Assembly (NCBI GenBank): GCA_026401075.1
Contig: JAPLNQ010000266.1
Coordinates: 2,972 to 66,971 of the forward strand
Direction: 5' to 3'
From: Planctomycetia bacterium
GTDB lineage: Bacteria; Planctomycetota; Planctomycetia; Pirellulales; UBA1268
DNA: 64,000 nucleotides
Made by a program: the position numbers and the translations under genes. Below, in pieces: positions 26,871 to 35,731 of the stretch; position 1 is the stretch's first letter; each line of letters begins with the position of its first letter. A model generated the notes under the pieces. The model was not told the DNA's origin. It made no database searches and saw only the letters and a program-made list of their open reading frames with translations.

Positions 26871-28292
26871 ATGCCTCCACGCCCGCAACGTGTCCGGATC
26901 ACCCGCGTTGAATTCGTCGCAGCGCTGGTCAGCTGGTCGCTCTCCATCGTGACCACGGCGGCCCTCGCTGCGGTCGGCTGGTTCGGGCATGCCACGCACT
27001 GGACGTTTGGGCTAGCTGGTCATGCTGGTCATGCCAACGGCCATGGGACGGCCGCGCATGCCGCCCCTGACCATGGAGCAGCGGCGGGGCACGAAGACAC
27101 GCCGCCACGGGAGGCCGACGCCGTTCATTTCAAGTCAAAGGAGGCGATGGAACGCACCGGCATCGAACTGGTGCCGATCGAGGAACGGCCAATGGTGAGT
27201 GAATTGGTGGCCAGCGGCGTCGTGCACTACGACCAGCGACATATCGCACAGCTCTCTGCCCGCGTGCCGGGGAGCGTCTGGCGGGTGGAGAAGCACCTGG
27301 GCGACACCGTGAAAAAGGGTGACGTGCTCCTCGTCATCGAGAGCCGCGAGGTGGGAAGTCTGAAGGCCGAGTTTCTCAATGCGCTCGTCGCCCACGAGGC
27401 CCGGGTGGAGCAGCTCTTGATCCTGGAGGAGGTGAAAGGCGCGGTGATGGGCCGGCAGCTCCGCGAGGCAAAGTCGGCCCTTCGCGAGGCCAAAAACCAT
27501 CTCCACAACGCCGAGCAGGCGCTCGTGAACCTGGGGCTGGGGGTGGCGATCACCGATTATGAACCGCTCGACGACGAATCCCGCGCGGCCCGGATCCGCA
27601 TAGCCGGACTGCCCGAGTCGCTTCTCGTCGCGATAGACCTGGATCACATTACCTCCAATCTCATGCCCTTGTGCGCCCCCTTCGATGGCATCGTGATCGG
27701 CCGCGACGCCGTGGTCGGTGAAGTGACCGATCCGACCGAACCGATCTTCGAGGTGGCCGATGTTTCCACCATGTGGGTCGTGCTCAACATCAGCAAGGAG
27801 GACGCCGGTCGTGTGGCGCTCGGCCAGCGGGTCATGTTCCGCCCCGACGGCTCGACTGACGAATACGAGAGCCGCGTCGCCTGGATCAGCACTGAGGTCA
27901 ACGAGGAGACACGGACGCTCGAGGTCCGGGCGGAGATCTCGCGGGGCCCAGCCGCAACGGTCGCGGCCTCGCCAGACGGTCGTTCGACCCCGGCGGGCCT
28001 GCGGGCCAATACCTTTGGCAGCGGTCGTATCGAGGTCGATCGCCGTGGGACCGCGCTCGTCGTGCCACGCTCAAGCGTGCAGTGGGACGGCAGCCGCTGG
28101 GTGGTGTTCGTGCCCACCGGCGAGTCGACCTTCGCGGCCCGGCCGGTCAGCCCGGGCGTGCAGCAGGGCGACTCCATCGAGATCGTGGGTGACTTTGCCG
28201 GCGGCATCCGGCCGACGCACGTTGTCGGTGCCGGGAGCCACGTGCTCAAGAGCCAGATCCTTCTCGAACGCATGGAGGCGGGCGAGTTGTAG
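26871..28292 (+). CDS. RND efflux periplasmic adaptor (CzcB/CusB-like membrane fusion protein) with His-rich N-terminal region
   Basis: Part of ORF 26682..28292. ATG at 26871 is followed by a transmembrane helix (FVAALVSWSLSIVTTAALAAVGWF) and a His-rich tract (GHAGHANGHGTAAHAAPDHGAAAGHED). A HlyD-like barrel and hairpin region follows (KKGDVLLVIESREVG...). It is immediately upstream of the RND pump. Confidence 0.85.
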   Translation: MPPRPQRVRITRVEFVAALVSWSLSIVTTAALAAVGWFGHATHWTFGLAGHAGHANGHGTAAHAAPDHGAAAGHEDTPPREADAVHFKSKEAMERTGIELVPIEERPMVSELVASGVVHYDQRHIAQLSARVPGSVWRVEKHLGDTVKKGDVLLVIESREVGSLKAEFLNALVAHEARVEQLLILEEVKGAVMGRQLREAKSALREAKNHLHNAEQALVNLGLGVAITDYEPLDDESRAARIRIAGLPESLLVAIDLDHITSNLMPLCAPFDGIVIGRDAVVGEVTDPTEPIFEVADVSTMWVVLNISKEDAGRVALGQRVMFRPDGSTDEYESRVAWISTEVNEETRTLEVRAEISRGPAATVAASPDGRSTPAGLRANTFGSGRIEVDRRGTALVVPRSSVQWDGSRWVVFVPTGESTFAARPVSPGVQQGDSIEIVGDFAGGIRPTHVVGAGSHVLKSQILLERMEAGEL

Positions 28293-28304
28293 TCGCTGCG
28301 TTGC

Positions 28305-31300
28305 ATGCTTGAAAAAATCATTGCCTGGTCGCTGTCGCACCGGATCGCGGTGCTGCTGGGGGCGGCGGTCGTCTGCCTGGTGGGATGGGTGGCCTCCAAC
28401 CGGCTCGTGGTCGATGCCTTCCCTGACACCACGCCCGTGCAGGTGCAGATCAACACCGTGGCCCCCGGCATGGTGGCCGAGGAGATCGAACGGCAGATCA
28501 CGTTTCCCGTTGAGCTGGCGATGGGCGGCATGCCTGGCCTCGAAGGGCTGCGCAGCGCCAGCATGTTCGGCCTGTCGGTTGTGATCGTCACCTTCCGCGA
28601 TGGCACCGACATCTATTTCGCGCGGCAGCTGATCAACGAGCGGCTCACCACCGTGAGCGTGCCTGGCGGCGTCGAGAGGCCCGAGATGGGGCCGGTGTCG
28701 ACGGGGCTCGGCGAGGTGTTTCATTATCTGCTCGTGCCCAAGCCATCGGTCGGCGGGGCCGAGACTGCCGCCGATGGGACTGGCGGCATGAGCCTCACCG
28801 ATGTGAAGACCCTCCAGGAATGGACGCTCAAGCCGGCCCTGCGGAGCGTGCCGGGCGTGGCCGAAGTGAACGCCTGGGGTGGTCTCAACAAGCAGTATCA
28901 GATCCGCATCGACCCCGTTCTGCTGCGGAAATACGCGCTCTCCTTCGACGAGGTCGTGGCGGCCGTCCCGCGGAACAACTTCAACGTCGGCGGCGGTTCG
29001 ATCGACCGCTCCGGCGACGCCGTGCTGGTCTACGGCGTGGGCCGGACGGTCGATGTCGAGCAGATCGGCAAGATCGTGGTTGCGTCGCGGGAAGGAACGC
29101 CGATCCGGATCCGCGATGTGGGCGAGGTGGTGATCGGCCACGAGATCCGTAAGGGCGCCGTCACCTACGGCGGCGCGGGGGAGGTGGTGCTGGGCCTCGG
29201 CTTCATGCTGATGGGGGAAAACAGCTACGCCGTCACGACGCGGCTCCGCGACCGCTTCGAAAAACTGGTGAAGACGCTGCCCGATGGGGTGGAGGCGAAG
29301 ATCGTCTACGACCGCACGAAGCTCATCGATCGGGTGATCGCCACGGTGCGGCAGAATCTGCTCGAGGGGGCGTTTCTGGTCATCGTGATCCTCTACATGA
29401 TGCTCGGCAATCTACGGGCCGGGCTGGTGGCGGCCACCGCGATCCCGCTCTCGATGATGTGCGGCTTCATCGGCATGTGGCAGACGGGGATCGCGGCGAG
29501 CCTCTTGTCGCTCGGCGCGATCGACTTTGGCATCGTGGTCGATTCGTCGGTCGTCGTGATCGAGAGCATTCTCGAGAAGATCGCGCATCATCCGGGCGCC
29601 AGTGGTGCGGCGAGGCTCAAGCTCGTGTTCGAGGCGACGAGCGCCGTCAAGAAGCCGGCCTGCTTCGGGCAGCTCATCATCATGATCGTCTACATCCCGA
29701 TTCTCACGCTCGAGGGTGTCGAGGGGAAGATGTTCCGACCGATGGCCATGACCGTGGTCTTCATTCTGATCGGGTCGCTCGTGCTCTCGCTGACGGTGGT
29801 GCCGGTGCTCTCGAGCCTGTTTCTGCCGCGGCGGGTCGACTCGCACGACGTGCTGCTCGTGAAGCTCCTGCGGGCGTTGTACCGGCCCGTGCTGCGATTC
29901 TGCCTGGCGGCCCGCGGACCATTGGCGTGCGCGGCGGTGGCGATCCTCGGCATCACGCTGCTGCGGGCTCTGTCGCTGGGCACCGAGTTCGTGCCGAAGC
30001 TCTCCGAGGGCGACATCGTGCTGGGCATCATCCGCGCTCCCGGCACGAGCATCGAGGAATCCTGCAGGATGAACACGCGGATTGAGCAGGCGCTCCTTGC
30101 GGAATTCCCCAAGGAGATCGCCCATGTCTGGAGCCGCACCGGCACGCCCGAGGTGGCCACCGACGCCGGCGCGATCGAGGCCACCGACATGTTCATTGCG
30201 CTCACGCCCCGGGAGGAGTGGGTCCGCGCCCGCACGCAGGCGGCTCTGGTCGAGGTCATGAACACGGTGGTCGAGGGCGTGCCGGGGCAGATCATCTGGT
30301 TCACGCAGCCGATCGAACAGCGGATCAACGAGATGGTGTCGGGCGTGCGGGCCGACATCGCCGTGAAGGTGTTTGGCACCGACCTCGAGAGCCTCGTCAA
30401 GAAGGCGGGCGAGGTGGCGCAGGTGATCAAAAGCGTTCCTGGCGGCGTGGACGTGGCCGTGGAGCAGGTCAGCGGCCACAGGACGAGATCGCCCGCTATG
30501 GCATCTCGGCGCAGGCTGTGCTCGACATCGTCGAAAGCGTCGGCGGCAAGGCCGTCGGGCAGATCGTGGAGGGGCAGCTCAGATTTCCGATCGTGGTCCG
30601 CCTGCCGGAGCGGATGCGGGACGGTCCGGAATCGATCGGCGACATTGCCGTGCGCAGCCCGGCGGGTGAGACCGTGCCGCTGGAGCGGATTGCCGATATC
30701 CAGACGATCCTCGGCCCCAAGTTCGTGACCCGCGAATGGAGCGAGCGGCGGGTGGTGGTGCAGTGCAACGTCCGTGGCCGCGACGTGGGCGGCTTCGTGG
30801 CCGAGGCCCAAGGGGCGATCGACCGCTCGGTCGATCTGCCGGCCGATGAGTTTCGTCTGGAGTGGGGTGGCCAGTTCGAGAACATGCAGCGGGCTCAGAA
30901 GCGACTGGCGATCGTCGTGCCGCTCGCGCTTGTGCTGATCATCGCCCTGCTCTACCTCACCTACCGCAACGTCGCCGACACCGCCCTGCTGTTCGTGAGC
31001 GTACCGTTCGCCTGCGTGGGGGGCATCTGGGCGCTGGCGGCCCGCGAGATGCCGCTTTCCATCTCGGCGGCGGTCGGCTTCATCACGCTCTCCGGCGTGT
31101 CGGTCTTGAGCGGCATGGTGGTGGCCAGCGCCCTGCGCGAACGGCTGGCCCGCGGCACGGCCCGCGACGTGGCGATCGAGGAGACGGCGGCGGCGAGCCT
31201 CCGTACGATCATCATGACCGCGCTCGTGGCGAGCCTCGGCTTCATCCCGATGGCCGTGAGCGAGGGGACGGGGGCGGAGGTGCAGCGGCCGCTGGCGACG

Positions 31301-31414
31301 GTGGTGATCGGCGGCGTGCTCACGAGCACGCTCTTCACGCTCTTCGTGCTGCCGGCTCTCTACCGACTGATCCTTCCCGTGCCGCCGGTGAAGATCCTGG
31401 CGGGCGACCGGTAG
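28305..31414 (+). pseudogene. CzcA/CusA-family heavy-metal RND efflux pump, interrupted by a frame-shifting short deletion near 30477
   Basis: ORF 28305..30728 is homologous through VPGGVDVAVEQVSG. Homology then resumes in another frame (ORF 30218..31414) at QDEIARYGISAQAVLDIVESVGGKAVGQIVEGQLRFPIVVRLPE. CzcA and CusA relatives have 8-9 further residues between these blocks (for example GLPMLTVQIDRQAAARYG). Confidence 0.8.
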
Positions 31415-31422
31415 GTGGGGCC

Positions 31423-31556
31423 GGGGCTGACCACGCCCCAAGAGCCGGACGTTCGCTACAGACATCCTGTCCTTCGCTCACTCGGATGCTGACTGCGCTT
31501 CGCCATCCTGGCTCCGCTTGTCATCATACGCCGGCTCTTGGGGCGTGATCAGCCCC
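31423..31556. repeat. repeat module A, copy 2: 134-bp long hairpin with roughly 29-bp arms
   Basis: The arms are GGGGCTGACCACGCCCCAAGAGCCGGACGT (31423-31452) and ACGCCGGCTCTTGGGGCGTGATCAGCCCC (31528-31556). They pair with one mismatch and one bulge. The element starts 9 nt after the RND pump stop. Confidence 0.85.
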
Positions 31557-31580
31557 TCGCTCGATACGTGTTGCTGGAAT

Positions 31581-31640
31581 AAAAGCCCCCGGCGGGAGCC
31601 GGGGGACACCGGGTATGAACACCGTCCCACGTGCCATGCC
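31581..31640 (-). repeat. repeat module B, copy 2 (inverted relative to copy 1), with terminator-like hairpin
   Basis: The reverse complement is GGCATGGCACGTGGGACGGTGTTCATACCCGGTGTCCCCCGGCTCCCGCCGGGGGCTTTT. The hairpin at 31586-31605 is followed on the minus strand by CTTTTATT, which suits termination of the minus-strand gene ending at 31740. Confidence 0.8.
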
Positions 31641-31661
31641 AACCCGGGTCGAGATCCCGTC

Positions 31662-31716
31662 GCTTACGCTCAGGGCTTGTATGGATCCCATACAAGCCCC
31701 CGGCGTGAGCCGGGGG
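31662..31716. repeat. repeat module C, copy 2 (12+8-bp stem) overlapping a GC hairpin with a GTGA loop
   Basis: GCTTACGCTCAGGGCTTGTATGG (31662-31684) pairs with CCATACAAGCCCCCGGCGTGAGC (31688-31710). The hairpin CCCCCGGC-GTGA-GCCGGGGG (31697-31716) shares nucleotides with that stem, so the two folds are mutually exclusive. Confidence 0.7.
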
Positions 31717-31739
31717 ATTCAGCCGGGGGAACGCAGGAA

Positions 31740-32840
31740 TCACCCGATGTCGAGAAATCGCGGGAGTGGGGCGTCGGCGGGGAGGCCGAGGATCGTGCGG
31801 AGTTCGACGAGATCGGCGTCGGAGAGCGGCACGAAGAAGACTGGATCCTGACAGAGCTCGGGATCGACGAGCCGGTAGCCGGTCACCTGCGTGCCCTTCA
31901 CGATCGGCGCCCGGCCGTAGCCATACATCATGTTGTCGATGTTTTCGAAAAAGTCGCGAAGCGTGATGGCATCGGGCCGCGGCCGTCGCACGTAGAACAG
32001 TTCGATCACGTCCTTCCAGAAGTGCGGCACGAACTTCTCGCCGAAGTCGGCGTGGCCCACGCGGTCACGGTTGGTGCCGGCGATCATGATTGGGAGCGAG
32101 CCGAGCGCCATGCCGCGGTCGCGACAGCGGCCCTCGATGGCGTTGCCGAGATTGGTGAGGAAGTCGGCGCTGTAGCAGTCGTCGCAGACGATGGCGATGT
32201 GGTCGAGATTGAACGGTTTTCCCGGCGTGGTGCCGGCCCCGTCGATGAGCGCGTCGGCCAGCCTGCCGAAGGGAATGGAATAGCTTTGGATCTCCCCGGG
32301 GAGGCCGTGGCCAAGCACCACGATCGTGGTGGGGGTGCGGTCGCTGGCGGCGGCGGCGACCGCTGCGAGGAAGTCGGCGGCGACCTGCGGAATCGACTGC
32401 GTGGCCGCGTCCTGCTTGAACACGGTCGGCTTCGCCCCGTAGGCCGTGGCGATCGTCGTGATTTCCTTGGGCTCGAGTCCCCGGGCCGGGTCGAGCAGGC
32501 CGATGACCGTGCGGTCGGTGCCGATCACGACGAGGTCGCCTGTCGCATCACGCTTTCGGTCGATGAACGCCGCCAGTTTGACGATCGCATCGATGCGTGG
32601 CCCGTCGGGCAACGCCGCCAGGCGGTCGGCGTGCGCCATGCAGAGGTAATAGAGCGACGGCTCGATCTGCCGGTAGTGCTTGGGGGTCGCTTCCAGCTTG
32701 GCGGAGATCGCCGGGGAAAGCTCGGCCTGGAAGGCAGCGAAGTCCTTGGGGAAGTCTGCCGCGTTGGCGACGGCCATCCAGCACAGGATCAGCGTGAGCG
32801 ACAGGCAGCGTGGGAAACGGCGGTGCAATGGTGGCATCAT
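31740..32840 (-). CDS. secreted hypothetical protein with a clan-CD (caspase/legumain-like) His/Cys pattern
   Basis: Part of ORF 31740..33152. ATGATG at 32840 gives MMPPLHRRFPRCLSLTLILCWMAVANA (signal peptide). TTIVVLGHGLPGE and, about 40 residues later, HIAIVCDDCYSADF resemble the beta-strand-HG and beta-strand-xC catalytic dyad of clan CD peptidases. This is pattern recognition only. Confidence 0.55.
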   Translation of the reverse strand: MMPPLHRRFPRCLSLTLILCWMAVANAADFPKDFAAFQAELSPAISAKLEATPKHYRQIEPSLYYLCMAHADRLAALPDGPRIDAIVKLAAFIDRKRDATGDLVVIGTDRTVIGLLDPARGLEPKEITTIATAYGAKPTVFKQDAATQSIPQVAADFLAAVAAAASDRTPTTIVVLGHGLPGEIQSYSIPFGRLADALIDGAGTTPGKPFNLDHIAIVCDDCYSADFLTNLGNAIEGRCRDRGMALGSLPIMIAGTNRDRVGHADFGEKFVPHFWKDVIELFYVRRPRPDAITLRDFFENIDNMMYGYGRAPIVKGTQVTGYRLVDPELCQDPVFFVPLSDADLVELRTILGLPADAPLPRFLDIG

Positions 32841-32909
32841 GCCATCGATTGTAGCGGGCGGTGGAAAAACGCTCCGTCGGTCTGCGAGCGGGGTGTTTTG
32901 TGGCGACCG

Positions 32910-32941
32910 TTGACTAGTACGGAACGGACGTATAGTATACG
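32910..32941 (+). promoter_or_regulatory. candidate sigma-70-type promoter of imuA-imuB-dnaE2 with an overlapping AT-rich palindrome
   Basis: TTGACT (32910-32915) is followed 17 nt later by TAGTAT (32933-32938). The palindrome CGTATAGTATACG (32929-32941) covers the -10 element. GGCGACCGT occurs on both sides (32902-32910 and 32962-32970). Confidence 0.4.
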
Positions 32942-32970
32942 GGCGTACATAAATCGTTGGAGGCGACCGT

Positions 32971-33846
32971 ATGGTGACGCGTGTCTTGGATGGCTTGGGC
33001 CTGTATTTCGAGGGACGGGAGACGGTGGCAACCGGGTTTTCATCGCTCGATCGCCTGCTGCCGGCCGGTGGCGTACGACGCGGCAGCCTGGTGGAGTGGC
33101 TTGCCGGCGGCGCCGACTGTCTTGCCGGCGGCGTTGGGAGCGGGGCGATCACGCTGGCCTGTGCGGTGGCCTGCCGGCTGGCCGACCCGCGGTGGGCGGA
33201 TCAGTCGCGGGCTTCTCAGGCCTCGACGATCGTGGTCGTTGATCGTGGTCAGCGGTTTTACCCGCCGGCCGTGATCCCGTGGCTCGATGCGATGGCAGAT
33301 GCCACGGGAAAGGGTGGCGGCAGGCCGCATCTTGTGGTGGCCCGCCCCTCGCGCGATGACGACGAACTCTGGACGATCGATCAGGCCCTCCGCTGCCCCG
33401 GCGTAGCGGCCGTGTTGGCCTGGCCGAGGCGGGTGCATGCCACGGCCATGCGGCGGTGGCAGCTGGCCTCACGAGCAAGTGGGGCTGTCGGGCTTGTCGT
33501 GCGTGGGCTGTCGGAGTGTGGGTTCTTTGGGCGGGTGCCTGTGGGCGAGCCGACTGGACCCAGTGGGCCGACCTGGGCCGACGCGAAGGTGGCGATCTCG
33601 CCGATGGCCGGGGAGTCTGGTGCTGATCTCGCCGTGCGGCGACTGCGGATCTCGCTTGCGGGTGGGCCATGGTCGGGCAACGAGATGCTCGAAGAACGGT
33701 CGACGGAGTTGCTTCTCGATCTGACGAATGGTCGTGAGGCCACTCGCCGTCACCGTGCGCCCGTCCGGCATACCGCGCCGGGCGTGGCAACAGGTCTTCA
33801 GAAAGGGCGTTTCCAGCCGGAGGGAGTGGCATGTCGCGCATCATGA
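32971..33846 (+). CDS. imuA: ImuA (SulA/RecA-like) protein of the SOS mutagenesis cassette
   Basis: ATG at 32971 follows GGAGG. GFSSLDRLLPAGGVRRGSLVEWL is the typical ImuA N-terminal motif. It sits directly upstream of, and overlaps, imuB. Confidence 0.72.
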   Translation: MVTRVLDGLGLYFEGRETVATGFSSLDRLLPAGGVRRGSLVEWLAGGADCLAGGVGSGAITLACAVACRLADPRWADQSRASQASTIVVVDRGQRFYPPAVIPWLDAMADATGKGGGRPHLVVARPSRDDDELWTIDQALRCPGVAAVLAWPRRVHATAMRRWQLASRASGAVGLVVRGLSECGFFGRVPVGEPTGPSGPTWADAKVAISPMAGESGADLAVRRLRISLAGGPWSGNEMLEERSTELLLDLTNGREATRRHRAPVRHTAPGVATGLQKGRFQPEGVACRAS

Positions 33847-35696
33847 CGATCTGGCTGCCGCGGTGGCCCGTGCAGCGGCGGCTGCTTGAGCGGCCGGAGC
33901 TGCGCAGGCGGCCCGTGTTTGTCTGTCGGCGCGAACGCCGCGGCGTGATGAAGGTGGTGGCCTGGGCCTGGGCGGCGCCGCCGCGAAGGGCGGGACCATC
34001 TGTGCCGCAGTCGGGGCCGCAGTCGGGGCGAGCGTCGGTCCCGCCGATTCTGGCGGGCATGTCGCTTGCCGAAGCGATGGCGGTGCTGGCGCTCTCGCAC
34101 GGCTCCCGTGCCTGTCATATTGCCGAGGTCGAGCATGACGATCCCGTGGCCGACCTGGCCGCGCTCGAGGAGCTTGCCCGCTATTGCCGGCGGTTTGCGC
34201 CGATCGTGGCAATTGAGAAGCCGCCGCGGCATGAGCCTGTGGGGCCGGAGTGTTTGCAGATCGACGTGACTGGCACGGCCGGATTTTTCGGTGGGGAGGG
34301 GCCGCTCGTCCGCACGGTCGTCTGGACGCTGGCCGCGCGGGGTATTCATGCGCGGGCCGCGATTGCCGATACCCCGGCCGCCGCCTGGGCGGCCGTGCAT
34401 CATACGGATGCACTCCGCGACGATTGTCGCCACGACCACGGGCATGCGCTGGTTCACGGGCATGTGCTGGGCCGCGGTGGGCGGCATCGGCGTTGGGCGA
34501 TCGTGTCACCAGGGGCGCAGCTGCAGTCGCTGGCCGGATTGCCGGCTGCGGCCCTCAGGCTCGACGCCACCGTGCTGACACAGCTGCGAGATGTGGGCAT
34601 CGAGACCATTGGTCGTGTCGCCCGTCTGCCGCGGAAGAGCCTCGCGTCGCGGTTTGCCCCACAGGTGTCGCAGCGGCTGGCGGAGTTCACCGGCGAGCGG
34701 CCCGAGCCGCTGGTGGTCCCCTGCTCCGGCGAACTTCCGACCGCCTCGCAGACCTTCGATTTTCCGATTCTGCTCCGTGACACGACGCTGGATGATCTGG
34801 TCGCAGTGACTGAGCGGCTTCTGCAGGAGTGTGTCGCGCCGCTGGCAGCGCACGGCAAGGGAGTGATGTCGCTGCAGGTGCGGCTGGAGCGATCTCAGTC
34901 GGCCGAACTCCGCGAGACCTGCACGCCTGCGATCATCGATATCGGCGTGTTTCAGCCGAGCAGTTCAGCAAAGCATCTGGTGGAACTCGTGCGGCTGCGG
35001 ATGGCAAGGATGCGGATGCCGCGAGAGATCGAGGAGATCACGGTGGAGGTGGTGTCTGCGGGAGCGGCCGAGTGCCGGCAGCGGACGCTCTTCGGCGAGG
35101 CGGCGGAGACATCGGCCGCGCAGGTGGGGATGCTGCTGGACAGGCTGTCGGGCAGGCTTGGCCGCGGGGCGGTATTCGAGCCTAGGCCTATGGCCGATGC
35201 CCAGCCAGAGCATGCGTGGGCGGCAGTGCCACCGGCAACCTCCAGATCCTCGCGATCAAAGCCAGAACCCAAGCCTGAGCATAGGAGCGGATCAAAGCGT
35301 TCGCATCACGATGGCCCACATGCGTCCCGCATGACATCATCCCCAACGTCCATGGCTGCCCCGCAGCGGCGGCCGATCTGGCTGCTGCCACAGCCGGTGC
35401 GGCTGGAAACGGTAGCGCTCGTTCCCGAGGGAGCGTTCGAGACGAGATCGCCCGAGAGCATGCCGCCGGCGCGGTTTCGGCTGGCTTCGCAGTCAGGCTC
35501 GCAGACGCACGAGGTGGTGAAGGCCCACGGCCCGGAACGCATCGAGACGGCCTGGTGGCGTGGGCCGACCGTGCGGCGCGATTATTACGTCATCGAGACG
35601 GCATCGGGGGCCCGCTATTGGATCTTTCGTCGACTGCGTGGTGCTTCAGGCGGCCGGCCGGGGAGTGAGTGGTTTCTGCACGGCACGTTTGCCTGA
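33831..35696 (+). CDS. imuB: ImuB, Y-family-polymerase-like accessory protein
   Basis: The N-terminus MSRIMTIWLPRWPVQRRL matches the LWLPxWPxxR start recalled for ImuB. It overlaps imuA by 16 nt and is followed by dnaE2. Confidence 0.8.
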   Translation: MSRIMTIWLPRWPVQRRLLERPELRRRPVFVCRRERRGVMKVVAWAWAAPPRRAGPSVPQSGPQSGRASVPPILAGMSLAEAMAVLALSHGSRACHIAEVEHDDPVADLAALEELARYCRRFAPIVAIEKPPRHEPVGPECLQIDVTGTAGFFGGEGPLVRTVVWTLAARGIHARAAIADTPAAAWAAVHHTDALRDDCRHDHGHALVHGHVLGRGGRHRRWAIVSPGAQLQSLAGLPAAALRLDATVLTQLRDVGIETIGRVARLPRKSLASRFAPQVSQRLAEFTGERPEPLVVPCSGELPTASQTFDFPILLRDTTLDDLVAVTERLLQECVAPLAAHGKGVMSLQVRLERSQSAELRETCTPAIIDIGVFQPSSSAKHLVELVRLRMARMRMPREIEEITVEVVSAGAAECRQRTLFGEAAETSAAQVGMLLDRLSGRLGRGAVFEPRPMADAQPEHAWAAVPPATSRSSRSKPEPKPEHRSGSKRSHHDGPHASRMTSSPTSMAAPQRRPIWLLPQPVRLETVALVPEGAFETRSPESMPPARFRLASQSGSQTHEVVKAHGPERIETAWWRGPTVRRDYYVIETASGARYWIFRRLRGASGGRPGSEWFLHGTFA

Positions 35697-35731
35697 GCCT
35701 ATTTTCCGACACGCAGGAAGGAGAGACGAGC

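Noticed and set aside
29690-33242. ORFs 29690..31465(-) and 31518..33242(+)
   Set aside because: They are antisense to the RND pump and to the secreted His/Cys protein. The second also runs straight through the repeat region. No motifs are present.
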